Made by a program: the position numbers and the translations under genes. The notes under the pieces are model-generated. The model saw only the letters and a list, made by a program, of their open reading frames with translations. It did no database searches and was not told the DNA's origin. A stretch of DNA of 64,000 nt from an uncultured delta proteobacterium (lineage in GTDB: Bacteria > Desulfobacterota > Syntrophia > Syntrophales > UBA2185), in assembly GCA_963695875.1 (NCBI GenBank), contig CAVOID010000009.1:187568-251567 (forward strand). The letters are read 5' to 3'. Positions 20,063 through 30,673 of this stretch are shown piece by piece. Within the stretch, counting starts at the first letter, position 1, and every line of letters starts with the position of its first letter.

Positions 20063-21800
20063 ATGGACAAAATTCTCAGAATCGACATGGGGGCCGCTGG
20101 CGGCCCAAAAGTGAGTACTGTTCCTTTGGGGGAATACGCCGGACTGGGGGGCCGGGCTATGACCTCCTCTGTTATTTCTAAAGAAGTACCCCCATTGTGT
20201 CATCCGTTGAGCGAGGACAATAAACTCGTTATCGCACCGGGCCTGCTGAGCGGAACGGCCGCAGCCCAGTCGGGTCGAATTTCTGTGGGCTGTAAGAGCC
20301 CGCTGACAGGCGGCATCAAAGAGTCCAACTCAGGGGGGCAGCCTTCCCAGGTGCTGGCAAGATTGGGTTATGCAGCAATCATCCTGGAAGGAAAACCCAA
20401 AACCGGTAATCTCTATAAGATCTTTATCAACAAGGACGGGGTGAAGATAACCCCCGACAACACCCTCTGTATGCTGGGCAATTACGATCTGGTGGAAAAA
20501 ATGAAGAAGGAGTATGGTGACAAGATCTGCTGCATCTCCATCGGACCGGCAGGTGAGATGAAGATGTCCGCCGCCTCGGTAGCCTTCACTGATATGGAAC
20601 AGCGGCCCACCCGCCATGCGGGACGCGGCGGAAGTGGGGCGGTGATGGGCTCCAAGGGTGTGAAGGTTATCGTTCTTGATGATGTCGGACTTACGAACCG
20701 TACTCCCAAGGATCCGGAGAAATTCACCAAGGCCAATAAGGTATGGGTTGAGGGCCTTAGAAAACACCCCGTCACCGGCGAGGGACTTCCCGCTTTTGGA
20801 ACCAACATACTGGCCAATGTAATCAATGAAGCCGGCGCATATCCGACCCATAACTTCCAGTGGGGCCGCTTTCTGGGAACCTCCAAGATCAGCGGAGAAA
20901 CGCAGGCTGAAACGGAAAAGGCCCGCGGCGGTGTTCCCACCCATGGCTGCCACCGGGGCTGTGTCATCCAATGCTCGGGAATTTATATGGATAAGGACGG
21001 CCATTACCTGACCAAACAGGTGGAATATGAGACGGTCTGGGCCCATGGCGCAAACTGCGGTATCGACGATCTGGATGCAATTGCCATGCTGGACCGCCTG
21101 GATGATGACTACGGCGTGGATACCATCGAGATGGGGGCAACCATAGCTGTCGCAATGGAGGCGGGCCTGGCGAAATTTGGAGATGCCGAAGCAGCCATCA
21201 GGCTGGTTAAGGAGGTGGGAAAAGGCACCGACCTCGGACGTATCCTCGGAAATGGGGCCGCTGTCACCGGCAAAGGTTTTCGGCATCGAAAGGGTCCCCG
21301 TGGTAAAGGGCCAGGCCATGCCGGCCTATGATCCCCGTGCGATCCAGGGCATCGGAGTTACCTATGCGACGAGCACCATGGGCGCCGATCATACGGCAGG
21401 ATATGCGGTCGCCACCAACATCCTCAAGGTGGGGGGTTATGTGGACCCACTGAAACCGGAGGGACAGGTTGAACTTTCCAGAAATCTCCAGATCGCCACC
21501 GCAGCTATTGATTCCACAGGTATGTGTCTCTTTATTGCTTTTGCAGTGCTGGATCAGCCGGATACATTCCAGGCGCTGATCGATTTGCTCAACGCATTCT
21601 ATGGTCTGAACCTGACCGCGAATGATGTGACCGAACTGGGCAAGAAGGTGCTTAAGATGGAGCGGGACTTCAATGCCCGGGCCGGTTTCACAGCAAAACA
21701 TGACCGGCTGCCGGAGTACTTCAAGAAAGAAAAACTTCCACCCCATAATGTTACGTTCCAGGTGACAGATGAAGATCTGGACAGGGTGTATAACTGGTAG
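20063..21800 (+). CDS. aor: Aldehyde:ferredoxin oxidoreductase (AOR family); apparent frameshift near 21273
   Basis: KSPLTGGIKESNSGG, AGRGGSGAVMGSKG, CxxGCxxxC, EYET, DDYGVDT; second ORF continues VKGQAMPAYDPR, GADH, DRLP. Confidence 0.9.
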
Positions 21801-21824
21801 GTAAAAGTCTTTTAGCAAGTACAT

Positions 21825-21863
21825 TGGACGGGGTGGCCTGCAACGGGCCACCCCGTTCATTTA
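21825..21863 (+). terminator. GC-rich stem-loop after aor
   Basis: TGGACGGGGTGGCC-7 nt loop-GGCCACCCCGTTCA followed by a short T run. Confidence 0.55.
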
Positions 21864-21918
21864 TGCGGAAGCAGAAATGTCGAAGATGACCCATCGCAGG
21901 AAATCAGGAATTGAGACG

Positions 21919-22526
21919 ATGGACAAGAGTATCTCTCCCGGAAATGTTTCTCTCACAATAGATACCAGCCTGATCCCGGCCTTTTCGCAACTTCTGCAGA
22001 ATGGCTTCTGGCTCAAGGGAGATGTCGAATGCAGCGTCAAATCATTCCTTTGCGAACAATTCGGCATTGAGCCTGAATACCTTGAAAAAAGGATCCAGAC
22101 GATCTTTCTGGATGGTCAGCCTGTAGATGATGTCAAAACCGCCATATTGCGGGATGGGGCAACCCTGTCACTTTCCGCCGCCATGCCGGGACTGGCCGGG
22201 GCTGTGATGCGAAAAGGGGGCTTCTATGCTCGCATGCGTGACCAGATCTCTTACAAGGGCGACAACAACGTCCTGCTCAGTAAAGCCCGGCCGGGTGTTC
22301 GTGAAACTTTTCAATCTGCCGCTTCAGGAACTGGGGCCATTTTTTTTAGAACGCGGTATCTGGATTGATGGAAACACCCTCACGAACATAATCACAGCCC
22401 GTCCGCATGATTTCCGGACCGGGTGCAAGGAAGTCCTCGTTGATAGCAGGCAATCAGAGGCGGATCAAGTTGCTGAAAATGGATTGGGGAAAGGGAGATA
22501 TCTTTTTACAGGTCAAACCTATTTAG
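21919..22526 (+). CDS. Hypothetical protein with a MoaD/ubiquitin-like segment; two apparent frameshifts (~22290, ~22470)
   Basis: RIQTIFLDGQPVDD...LRDGATLSLSAAMPGLAGA; continues VKLFNL..ELGP.FL in the next frame. Confidence 0.6.
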
Positions 22527-22765
22527 CCCCCGGCAACAGGAGGAAAAACGCCCACTCTGTCCCCATCTCTCAACACTTCATCACCCGTCGCATGCAGGCC
22601 GTTCAAAAAAATCATTTTGACTTTATCAACTGGGAGTTCCAGACCTTTAAGAAGTCTCATGATCGTGGTCCCTTCAGCCGCCTCCATTATTTGACGGCTA
22701 TGGCTGCCTGTCTTATCCGGTGCATATTGTGCAAGGGAAGCAAATAAACTTAATTCAATTTTCAT
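22523..22765 (-). CDS. MoaD/ThiS family sulfur carrier
   Basis: 80 aa beta-grasp pattern ending VFPPVAGG. Confidence 0.9.
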   Translation of the reverse strand: MKIELSLFASLAQYAPDKTGSHSRQIMEAAEGTTIMRLLKGLELPVDKVKMIFLNGLHATGDEVLRDGDRVGVFPPVAGG

Positions 22766-22803
22766 TGCTTGTCCTATAAAAGTGTTTGAAAATCTACACC
22801 CAA

Positions 22804-22858
22804 CATCATTGCGAGATACTTAGTTCACCCTGAGTAAACCGAAGGGATCGAAATGACA
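22804..22858. repeat. Short degenerate palindromic element
   Basis: ATCATTGCGAG...TCGAAATGACA ends, same family as 17216 and 27697. Confidence 0.45.
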
Positions 22859-23047
22859 GAGTGGAAATCTTCCAATTTCTTCTCATTATAAATCTTCTGA
22901 AGCTTTTCCTCAAATATTTTATCATTTATATTGCCCAATGGACAGGAATGCTTTATGAAATATCCTACATATTAAATCCATAAACCGGGAGAGCCGAAAG
23001 CGAAATGGCAAGAATTGGGTAAGTCGGAACAAAGACAAGAATAGACT

Positions 23048-24325
23048 ATGGAATTCAAATACGGACTGGAAGATAAGCCTCCTCTGGCTGAATCTCTATT
23101 AATGGGGCTTCAATGGTGCGCCCTGCTGGTGCCATTTATGATCATTTTGGGCAAGATTGCCGGTTCACTCCACTTCACCGATCCTGCCGGGCTCACTGTA
23201 TATTTGCAAAAGACAGCCTTCATAATGGCCATATTCCTTCTCCTCGAAATCATGTGGGGTCATAGCTTGCCCCTCGTCATGGGGCCGTCTTCGGTACTTC
23301 TTATCGGTATTATATCCAGCAGCGGCTTCGATATAAATACCATAAACACGGCAGTTGTGAGCTGCGGTTTGATTCTTGCCCTGGCAGGCATTACAGGCAT
23401 TTTCGGATATCTACAGTGGATCTTCACGCCCCGTGTTGTAGCAGTGGTGCTCTTGCTGATTGCCTTTACTCTGACGCCTACCGTCCTGAGGCTGGTAACG
23501 GACTCGCAAGGGATATCACCGCAGGTAAATATGGTTTATGCCTTAATACTTACAGCCGCTATTCTGGTTCTTCACCGCCTCCTCAAGGGGATATGGAAAT
23601 CTATTTTGATCCTGATTTCCATGTTTGCCGGAACTATCATCTATTTTATATTCTTTCCGGGCAACTTTGACATTACTCCGGTCGTGTCATCAAGATTCCT
23701 CTCAACCTTTTTTCAAGATATGATCGGCGGTCTTTCTTTCGACATCGGGCTATTAATCTCTTTCTTCATTTGCTTTGTGGCTTTATCTATTAATGATTTG
23801 GGCTCGATGCAGTCCATAAATGCTTTGGTGAAAACACCAGATATGGACAAGAGGGTTAACCGGGGTATTTTTTTTACGGGCCTCGCCAACGTGGCATCCG
23901 GAATCTTTTGTGTAATCGGGCAGGTCAATTATTCTGTCAGTGTTGGCGTTGTTACGGCTACAGGATGTTTGTCACGATTCACGTTAATACCGGCGGCAGC
24001 TGTTCTTCTGATAATATCCTTTTCGCCCATGATGATAGGTTTTCTTGGGATTGTCCCTCCCGTCGTGATCGGCAGTGTTATGTTCTATACACTTTGCACC
24101 CAGGTGTCTGCAGGCCTGACAGTGGCCTTCGAGGCTTTAGGGCGATTCAACCTTGATGATGGAATGATTATAGGCATGCCTATCCTCATTGCAACCGTGA
24201 TCGCTTTCATGCCTGCTGATTTTTTTCACAACTTTCCCCGGATCATGCAACCCATTGTCGGAAATGGATTTGTCATGGGGGTCGTCATCCTCCTCCTTCT
24301 GGAGCATGGTATATTCAGAAAGTGA
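23048..24325 (+). CDS. NCS2 (uracil/xanthine) permease family transporter
   Basis: YGLEDKPP, GLQW, GHSLPLVMGPS, FTPRV; many TM segments. Confidence 0.88.
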   Translation: MEFKYGLEDKPPLAESLLMGLQWCALLVPFMIILGKIAGSLHFTDPAGLTVYLQKTAFIMAIFLLLEIMWGHSLPLVMGPSSVLLIGIISSSGFDINTINTAVVSCGLILALAGITGIFGYLQWIFTPRVVAVVLLLIAFTLTPTVLRLVTDSQGISPQVNMVYALILTAAILVLHRLLKGIWKSILILISMFAGTIIYFIFFPGNFDITPVVSSRFLSTFFQDMIGGLSFDIGLLISFFICFVALSINDLGSMQSINALVKTPDMDKRVNRGIFFTGLANVASGIFCVIGQVNYSVSVGVVTATGCLSRFTLIPAAAVLLIISFSPMMIGFLGIVPPVVIGSVMFYTLCTQVSAGLTVAFEALGRFNLDDGMIIGMPILIATVIAFMPADFFHNFPRIMQPIVGNGFVMGVVILLLLEHGIFRK

Positions 24326-24390
24326 AAGAACAAAACAGTCCTTCTCCATATGAAGTTGGGCTTATTTAGATAATTGGAAAGGAATTGGAT

Positions 24391-24651
24391 ATGAAATGGT
24401 GCGTTTTTGTTAATAGACGATGTTGCGGAGATGATTGTGCCGGATGGGTAAAAGATAATTGTTTCATCCATTTATTGTTGCCAAATGATTACAGCGATAA
24501 ACAATTACAAACTGAATTCGATTGGTCGAAATATGAATCGTTAAAAGCAGCCGGCCACAATTTGATGGAAAATAGCGACGACCAATTATCCTTTTTAGAT
24601 GAACTTGAAAGGCTGATTGCTCAAAAGAACATCATAAATAAAAAAATGTAA
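24391..24651 (+). CDS. Small hypothetical protein with Cys-rich N-terminus
   Basis: RBS AAGGA; WCVFVNRRCCGDDCAGW..NC. Confidence 0.5.
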   Translation: MKWCVFVNRRCCGDDCAGWVKDNCFIHLLLPNDYSDKQLQTEFDWSKYESLKAAGHNLMENSDDQLSFLDELERLIAQKNIINKKM

Positions 24652-24866
24652 TAGAATGGAGACTATATTATTGAATGCACGTATTTATTACACGAAGGCA
24701 TAAAAAATATCAAACATGGAAAATTATTGAGACTTTAAAATACACGATTTTCGCCCTTTGTTATTGACGATTTTCACTAGCAACTAATATTGAACAATAT
24801 GGAAGGTAAATTTTTTCGATTATCTCCTATGCTGTTCGGTCTTTAATTTCAATGCCTGTACAAAAT

Positions 24867-24979
24867 TTGAAGCTCTCCGCAGTAAACTGCGGAGAATCTT
24901 CGATCCACAAGGAATAATGATATTCCCCATTCGCTCGCTTACCCCGCAGCAAGCTACGGGGAATGCGCTCGCTGCCGGA
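24867..24979 (-). mobile_element. PATE-like IS200/IS605 derivative, copy 4 (113 bp)
   Basis: Both hairpins intact; TGAA target 24980-24983; TCAA end. Confidence 0.82.
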
Positions 24980-25357
24980 TTCAAATGGTAATCAGCACCT
25001 GAAATAAAGATGCCGATTACTTAGATTCCTCCTCTTTTTAAGAAGTGACACTCTAATTGAGTCCACCGATAGAATACCGATGAATGTTCCCGCGGTATAT
25101 CAGCGATCCGACCAGATGTTACGGCGCGCTTTCATCCGTTTCTCACCGGTTTCTCCCCATGACATCGTAGACCATGTCGAAATACAGACTGACGGACATT
25201 CATCTGCAAACGAATTCATAATCAGATATAAATTTATAGATAGTCATCCCATAAATGTTAAAGGAACATTCATAGATATATACATTTAAGAGGGATATCT
25301 GTCCAACAGGTCATCGATTCACGCATCGCACCCGGAATTTTTCGTAATGTCCTATAT

Positions 25358-26703
25358 CTAATTTACACGGAGCAGATATTCCACCACTTTCTCAAGATGA
25401 CCAAGGGTGCTGCATTCACGGGCCACATTACAGTATGGAAGGTATGTCTTCATCTCCGAATCCCCAGATCCCCAGAGAGACGGCGTCTCGGGGTTGAGCC
25501 ATATCAATCGTTTGCACCTCTCAGAAATGACACGGAGCACTTCGGTCCTTGGGTTCCAATAATTGTTACGGGCATCTCCCATGATGATCACCGTCGCTCT
25601 CTTCGTAAGGCAACCGGAATATTGATCCCTGAAATCGAGAAAGGAAACCCCATAATCGGTCCGGTTCATGAGAATCGGAAGATCAGTCCCTGACCGGAGC
25701 CTGGCCAGGGCTTCCTGCAACGAGTATATTTCAAAAAGATAGCTTACTTCAACCAGGTTTGAACAGAATATGAAGGATCGGATCCTGGGAATAAACTCGT
25801 TTAAGCTGTATAAAATGAGGAGAAGAAAACGGACAACATTTGAAACAGAACGACTCACGTCGCATATAGCTATAACTTCCGGCCGATCAATCTTTTTAGA
25901 TTTCCAGCGTGTATCGAATGGGAGTCCGCCATATGTGAGACTCTGCCTTAATGTCTTCTTGAAGTCCAGGTGCCCCCTGCGGGCAGCCTTTTGTCTTCTT
26001 GAATGACGGTCTTTCAACCGCTTGATCATTCTCTGCACAATTTTATGGATACGGGCCAGATCCCGTTCCTCAAGTGATGTGAGGCTTGCTTTTTTTATAT
26101 ATCCCTCGAACTGTTCATCTGACCTTCTTGCAGCGTAAAGTTCGAGCTGCCTCTCGACGAGATTGCTTACCCATTCGATAATATTATCCCGCATGGACTG
26201 CAGGACTCTCAACTGTGCCAATGCTTCCGCTTCTCCATCTTCCGCTAGCCTCCTGATATCCCTGTCAAACCCCTCCATGCCGAGCTCTTGAAAAAGCCTC
26301 TGCATATAGAGGCCTTTCTGCATCGGGTATTGAATGTTGCGTACGTCAGCCCTTCCGGCGGCTTCATTTAATGCCAGGGCGAGACCGCCACCGTCACCTG
26401 CAAGAATCGCCCGCGTCAGGAAAGCCGCTCCCTGGATTGCAGGTGATGTGCTGCTGTTTTCCAACGGAAAATCTATCCTCGGAAATATGATCGATGTCAA
26501 AAAAGCTGCTGAAACAGACCTCAAATATCTTTTTCTCCGGCAGTGACTTGGCGAGAGAGGCAGACAGAAAATCTTCTAACAGCTGCCGGTCTATCGTAGC
26601 CGGAAAGTGCCACTGCCTGCAGTGCATCAATCGTTTCCGCTACGGATATCCTGACACCGCAACGCCGAAGAGCAGTAATAAAATTCTCAAGGGTCCTATC
26701 CAA
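25358..26703 (-). CDS. CoxE-like VWA domain protein; apparent frameshifts near 26588 and ~26470
   Basis: FITALRRCGVRISVAETIDA; LDFKKTLR, CDVSRSV MIDAS, TDYG, GDARNN, WLNPE..WGSGDSEM. Confidence 0.85.
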
Positions 26704-27649
26704 TCAGGGTGCCTCCCGGAGTGCATGCTCCGTTAATGTGTAAAGTTTTTCTTCCGCAACCCGGATGTCATCCTGCGCCTTGAGAAACGTGTTCAATGTC
26801 TCCCTGACCAGTTCCCTGTCCAGGTTTTCGGCATGGAGAATAACCAGTGTTTTCGCCCAGTCTATGGTTTCACTGACGGAGGGAAATTTTTTAATGTCGA
26901 GCTTTCTTACCTGGTGTATGAAGGAAACCAATTGCCCCGTCAGTTTTTCCGATATGCCCGGGACGCGCGTTTTGACAATTTCCCTTTCGAGTTCCTGCTC
27001 GGGAAACGAAATATAAAGATGAAGACAGCGCCTTCTCAGGGCCTCACCGAGTTCCCTCGTGCTGTTACTGGTGAGAAAAACAAAAGGTCTTGATGTGGCC
27101 TCTATTGTGCCGATCTCGGGGATGGAAACCTGGAAGTCGGAGAGAATTTCAAGAAGAAAGGCCTCAAACTCATCATCGGATTTGTCCACTTCATCCACCA
27201 GGAGGACAGCCCCTTCCTTTTCCTGAAGGGCCTTGAGAAGCGGTCTCGGTTCCAGAAACTGGGGAGAAAAAAAGATATCGTCATACGCGTGAAGTTTGTC
27301 GATGGATTCGGCCAGGCTCGTCTCCCCTTCGATGATCTTGTCGAGTTTGTCTTTCAAAAGCTGGGTATAAAGGAGCTGTTTCCCATATTTCCATTCATAA
27401 AGAGCTTTCGACTCGTCGAGCCCCTCATAGCATTGAAGCCGGATCAGGGGAACGCTCATGAAAGCTGCAGGCCGCCTTGGCAAGTTCTGTTTTGCCCACA
27501 CCTGCGGGACCCTCCACGAGTACAGGCTTTCCCAGGTGGTAAGCCAGGTATACTGTATGGGCAATTTGTCTGGTGGCTATGTAGTCCACATCCTTGAGGC
27601 CCAGGCGGACACTCTCTACGGTCGCAAATTTATCAGTCGATATGCTCAT
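26704..27649 (-). CDS. MoxR/CoxD-type AAA+ ATPase; apparent frameshift near 27470
   Basis: EGPAGVGKTELAK, RLQCYEGLD, LVDEVDK, LTSN..REL.EALRRRC. Confidence 0.9.
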
Positions 27650-27696
27650 TGTACCCCTTTCCTATCCTTGCGAAACATTCGCATTGTTACCAGCAG

Positions 27697-27780
27697 GTCA
27701 TCACGAGGAGCGTAAGCAACGCACTGATCTATCTGAATATTAATAAGTCGTTAGATTACTTCGCTCTGCTCGCAATAACA
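27697..27780. repeat. Degenerate palindromic intergenic element
   Basis: GTCATCACGAG...AGATTACTTCG...CTCGCAATAACA. Confidence 0.55.
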
Positions 27781-27791
27781 TAATACAGAAT

Positions 27792-28236
27792 TTATCCTAT
27801 CTCGAACCAGCATCGAATCTTGTGGAAAAAACTTCGAAGGATCTTCTTGAAAGATTCAAGTTCTTCCGCAGTAAACCCGTTCTTGATTTCCTGGTTTACC
27901 TTCCCGACAATCCTTTTCGCCTTGTTCATCTCCTCTATACCCTCCGGACTGACATGCACATGTGAAGCCCTGCGGTCATTGGGACTGGCATTTCTCCGGA
28001 CCAATCCCATTTTTTCGAGGCGGTCCACCAGGCCGGTGATTGTGGAATTGTCTATGGACAATATCTGGCTCAATTCGCTCATGGTCCTGCCGTCCTTTCT
28101 CCGTGAGAAGGAACAGGATGCCCGCCTGGGCCGGCGTCACCTTGACATTTTCCCTGATCATGATATTACTGAGGTGAGTCCGAAGTTTTTGCTGGGCGGT
28201 AAAGATGAGATAAATAAGTCTGTCGTCGGCGGGCAT
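27792..28236 (-). CDS. MarR family regulator; apparent frameshift near 28097
   Basis: VTPAQAGILFLL joined to MSELSQ..IDNSTITGLVDRLEK.GLV.R...DRR. Confidence 0.85.
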
Positions 28237-28272
28237 CTTAATAACCTCAGCGGAATATTTCCGTCTGCTTAT

Positions 28273-28303
28273 TTATTTGGCATACCAAATAATAAATGTC
28301 AAA
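28273..28303 (-). promoter_or_regulatory. Putative MarR operator inside its own promoter
   Basis: Perfect inverted repeat TTATTTGG-cata-CCAAATAA just downstream of a minus-strand TTGACA (28298-28303). Confidence 0.6.
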
Positions 28304-28493
28304 CAGAAATATTTATGAGGATGTGCGCATCAAACGATGGTTTGGATTTTTGAAAAGAAATTCAAAAGATACAAACAGAAAATTGAACCTCAATTTCAGA
28401 AAATCAAGCTGGGTTTAAAATTGTTCGCATGAAGTGTCAGGTTGATAGGATTTAAATACCTTTTATTATAGGTCGATATGGGTGAAAAAGTCG

Positions 28494-30024
28494 TCATATA
28501 TTAAATTTTGGATATAAAATTTTTAGACATTCAGGACATATACCATGACTGAAATCGGCGTCCGAGCGGTCACTTATATAAGTCTCTAATTGTTCCCAGT
28601 AACCCTTATCGTTACGTATCTTCTTGCAGGCAGCACAAATGGGTAAGAGTCCACTCAAAGCCCTGATTCTAGAGAGCGCATCCGTGAGCTCAAGAATTAG
28701 TCTCTCCCTTTCCTCCTCCGCCTGCTTGCGTTCCGATATGTCTTTTGAAGCTACTGTTACGGCTATTGTCGTTATTCGCTTCCTTATCCTTGACAGGACT
28801 GAATGTCCGCAGGAAATACCGGCCGTCTCTTTCACTTCTATATTCATTCTGGATAGATGTGCCGGTTTCAAATACATGTTCCACTTTCTCAATGAATTCC
28901 CTTGTGGACGTTTCGGAATGGAACTCACGATATAGTCTGCCTATGATCCTTTCTAATGGAAGGCCGAACCTCGACAAATGTTTATCGTTCATAAATAGAT
29001 ACCTGTAGCCTCTGTCCACAAGATACATCGAATCTGCGGTAGAAGCCAAAGATCGGTATTTCTCCCCAGATTCCCGCAACGCTTCTTCCGTATGCTTGCG
29101 ATCAGTGATATCCCGGATAGATTCAATAGCACCTACAATATTAGCCCCGCTATCATATAATGGCCTGGCTTTCCCCCAGAGTATGCGCTGTTGATTGTTC
29201 AGGGGTACATCAGCCTCAGTTAAAAGAATATCTCCTTTCTTTTCGATAAATCTGTACTTCTTCTCGATCTTTTCATCAGATATAAATACCAGATCAATCA
29301 GTATCGGTCTCCGCATCCCGTAGAAAGGTATGGCATATTCATAATCGCCTTTTCCTACCATGTCTTCGGCCTTGACTCCTGTCATCTCTTCAATAGCCCG
29401 GTTCCACGTGATTACTTTACCTTCTCGATCAATGGCAAAGGTTGCATCAGGCAGGAAATCAATGATATCGGATAAGCGCTGCTCCGATTCCTTCAGCGCT
29501 TCCTCCGCTCGCTTGCTGTTTGTGATGTCACGTACAATGATGACAATCTGGCTTTCCAAAAGTGGCAATAATCTTGCCTCATAATGGTATTCGTCATTCT
29601 GCTGCGCTATGGAATATTCCATGCTGACAAGGGATCTTGTTTTTTGTGCTTGATCAATTGCCTTTCCAAATTTTTTTCCGACATTTCGAGGGAATATATC
29701 ACCGATCTGTTTTCCAATCACTTTTTCCTCTAATATATGCATATTTATTCCGTTAGATGCTTGATAATCCAGAATGATGCCCTCACTGTCCGTTCGAAAC
29801 AGGAGATCCGGGAAGGCTTGAAACAATGCCCTCATTTCAGAGCTGGCCTGCAGCAATTCTTGTGAGCTGAGATCGAGGGATCTCTCTAATATCTCACGAT
29901 CGGCGTCCATCTGCCAGTAGGCTTCATTGACGGAACTAATCATTTTTTCACATCCACTTGGGACGGCATCCAAACCACCGAAATTACGAATTATTTGACG
30001 TTTCAACAAGCTGTGCAGATCCAT
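28494..30024 (-). CDS. Multi-PAS sensor protein with Cys-rich C-terminal domain; apparent frameshift near 28780
   Basis: Three PAS/PAC units (two ending RDIT, one KDIS); tail GLLPICAACKKIRND.GYW...FSHGICPEC. Confidence 0.82.
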
Positions 30025-30481
30025 GGCTACTCCGTATCTCAACTCTGTTACAATTCTTGAGTCCTTCTGTAAAACAAAGAGAGGTCAGATCTATAACGGC
30101 TGACACATTTTTCTGTGAATTTTTTTTGGATAATATTTTGCTTAGATCGTGTTTGTACATGGGACCATTTCCCAAGACGAAACAGTAGGGGAAAACCCTC
30201 TAAGAAACGGGCTTTCATAGATCAGTTCGAAGTTCATAATTGTAGATATCGGTGTAACACATACATGGTATATTTTATAAATGCAATACTAGAAAAATAC
30301 TTAAAATATACCAGGTAAGAACTCTTATGTATTAACTGGTTGTACTTTTTTTATTTGAATAAGTTTATGAATTACGGAGGGTCAGGTAAACATAAATGTC
30401 CTGTACTCACTCTTTTCTTCGCGCTGTAGTTTCCAGGAATATGTTTCTCCATTTTCAATGATTATAAGATTAGTTGTGGAA

Positions 30482-30512
30482 GTGAAGCTCCCCCCTTAGG
30501 GCGGGGCTTCCT
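30482..30512 (-). mobile_element. Orphan IS200/IS605-type right end
   Basis: Minus strand GAAG-CCCCGCCC-TAA-GGGGGGAG-CT-TCAC: guide, hairpin and TCAC cleavage site. Confidence 0.6.
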
Positions 30513-30559
30513 GAATTTGTGCTGTACGTTATGATAACGCAGAGTAGTATTATCCCAGA

Positions 30560-30672
30560 TTGAAGCTCTCCGCAGTAAACTACAGAGAAACTTCGATCTT
30601 TAGGGAATAGTAGAGTAAATGACTCGAGCGCATATCCCGCAGCTGGCCACGGGGTATGCGCTCGCTATTGGA
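30560..30672 (-). mobile_element. PATE-like IS200/IS605 derivative, diverged copy 5 (113 bp)
   Basis: Same length and ends, diverged interior; TGAA target 30673-30676 contains the Cache gene stop. Confidence 0.7.
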
Positions 30673-30673
30673 T

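Noticed and set aside
21260..21290. Programmed frameshifting in aor and other split genes
   Set aside because: No consistent slippery heptamer or stimulatory structure; window-wide indel density points to sequencing error
24725..24760. DFKIHDFR resembling an integrase HDLR box
   Set aside because: Eight residues in AT-rich DNA with no supporting frame; may be chance
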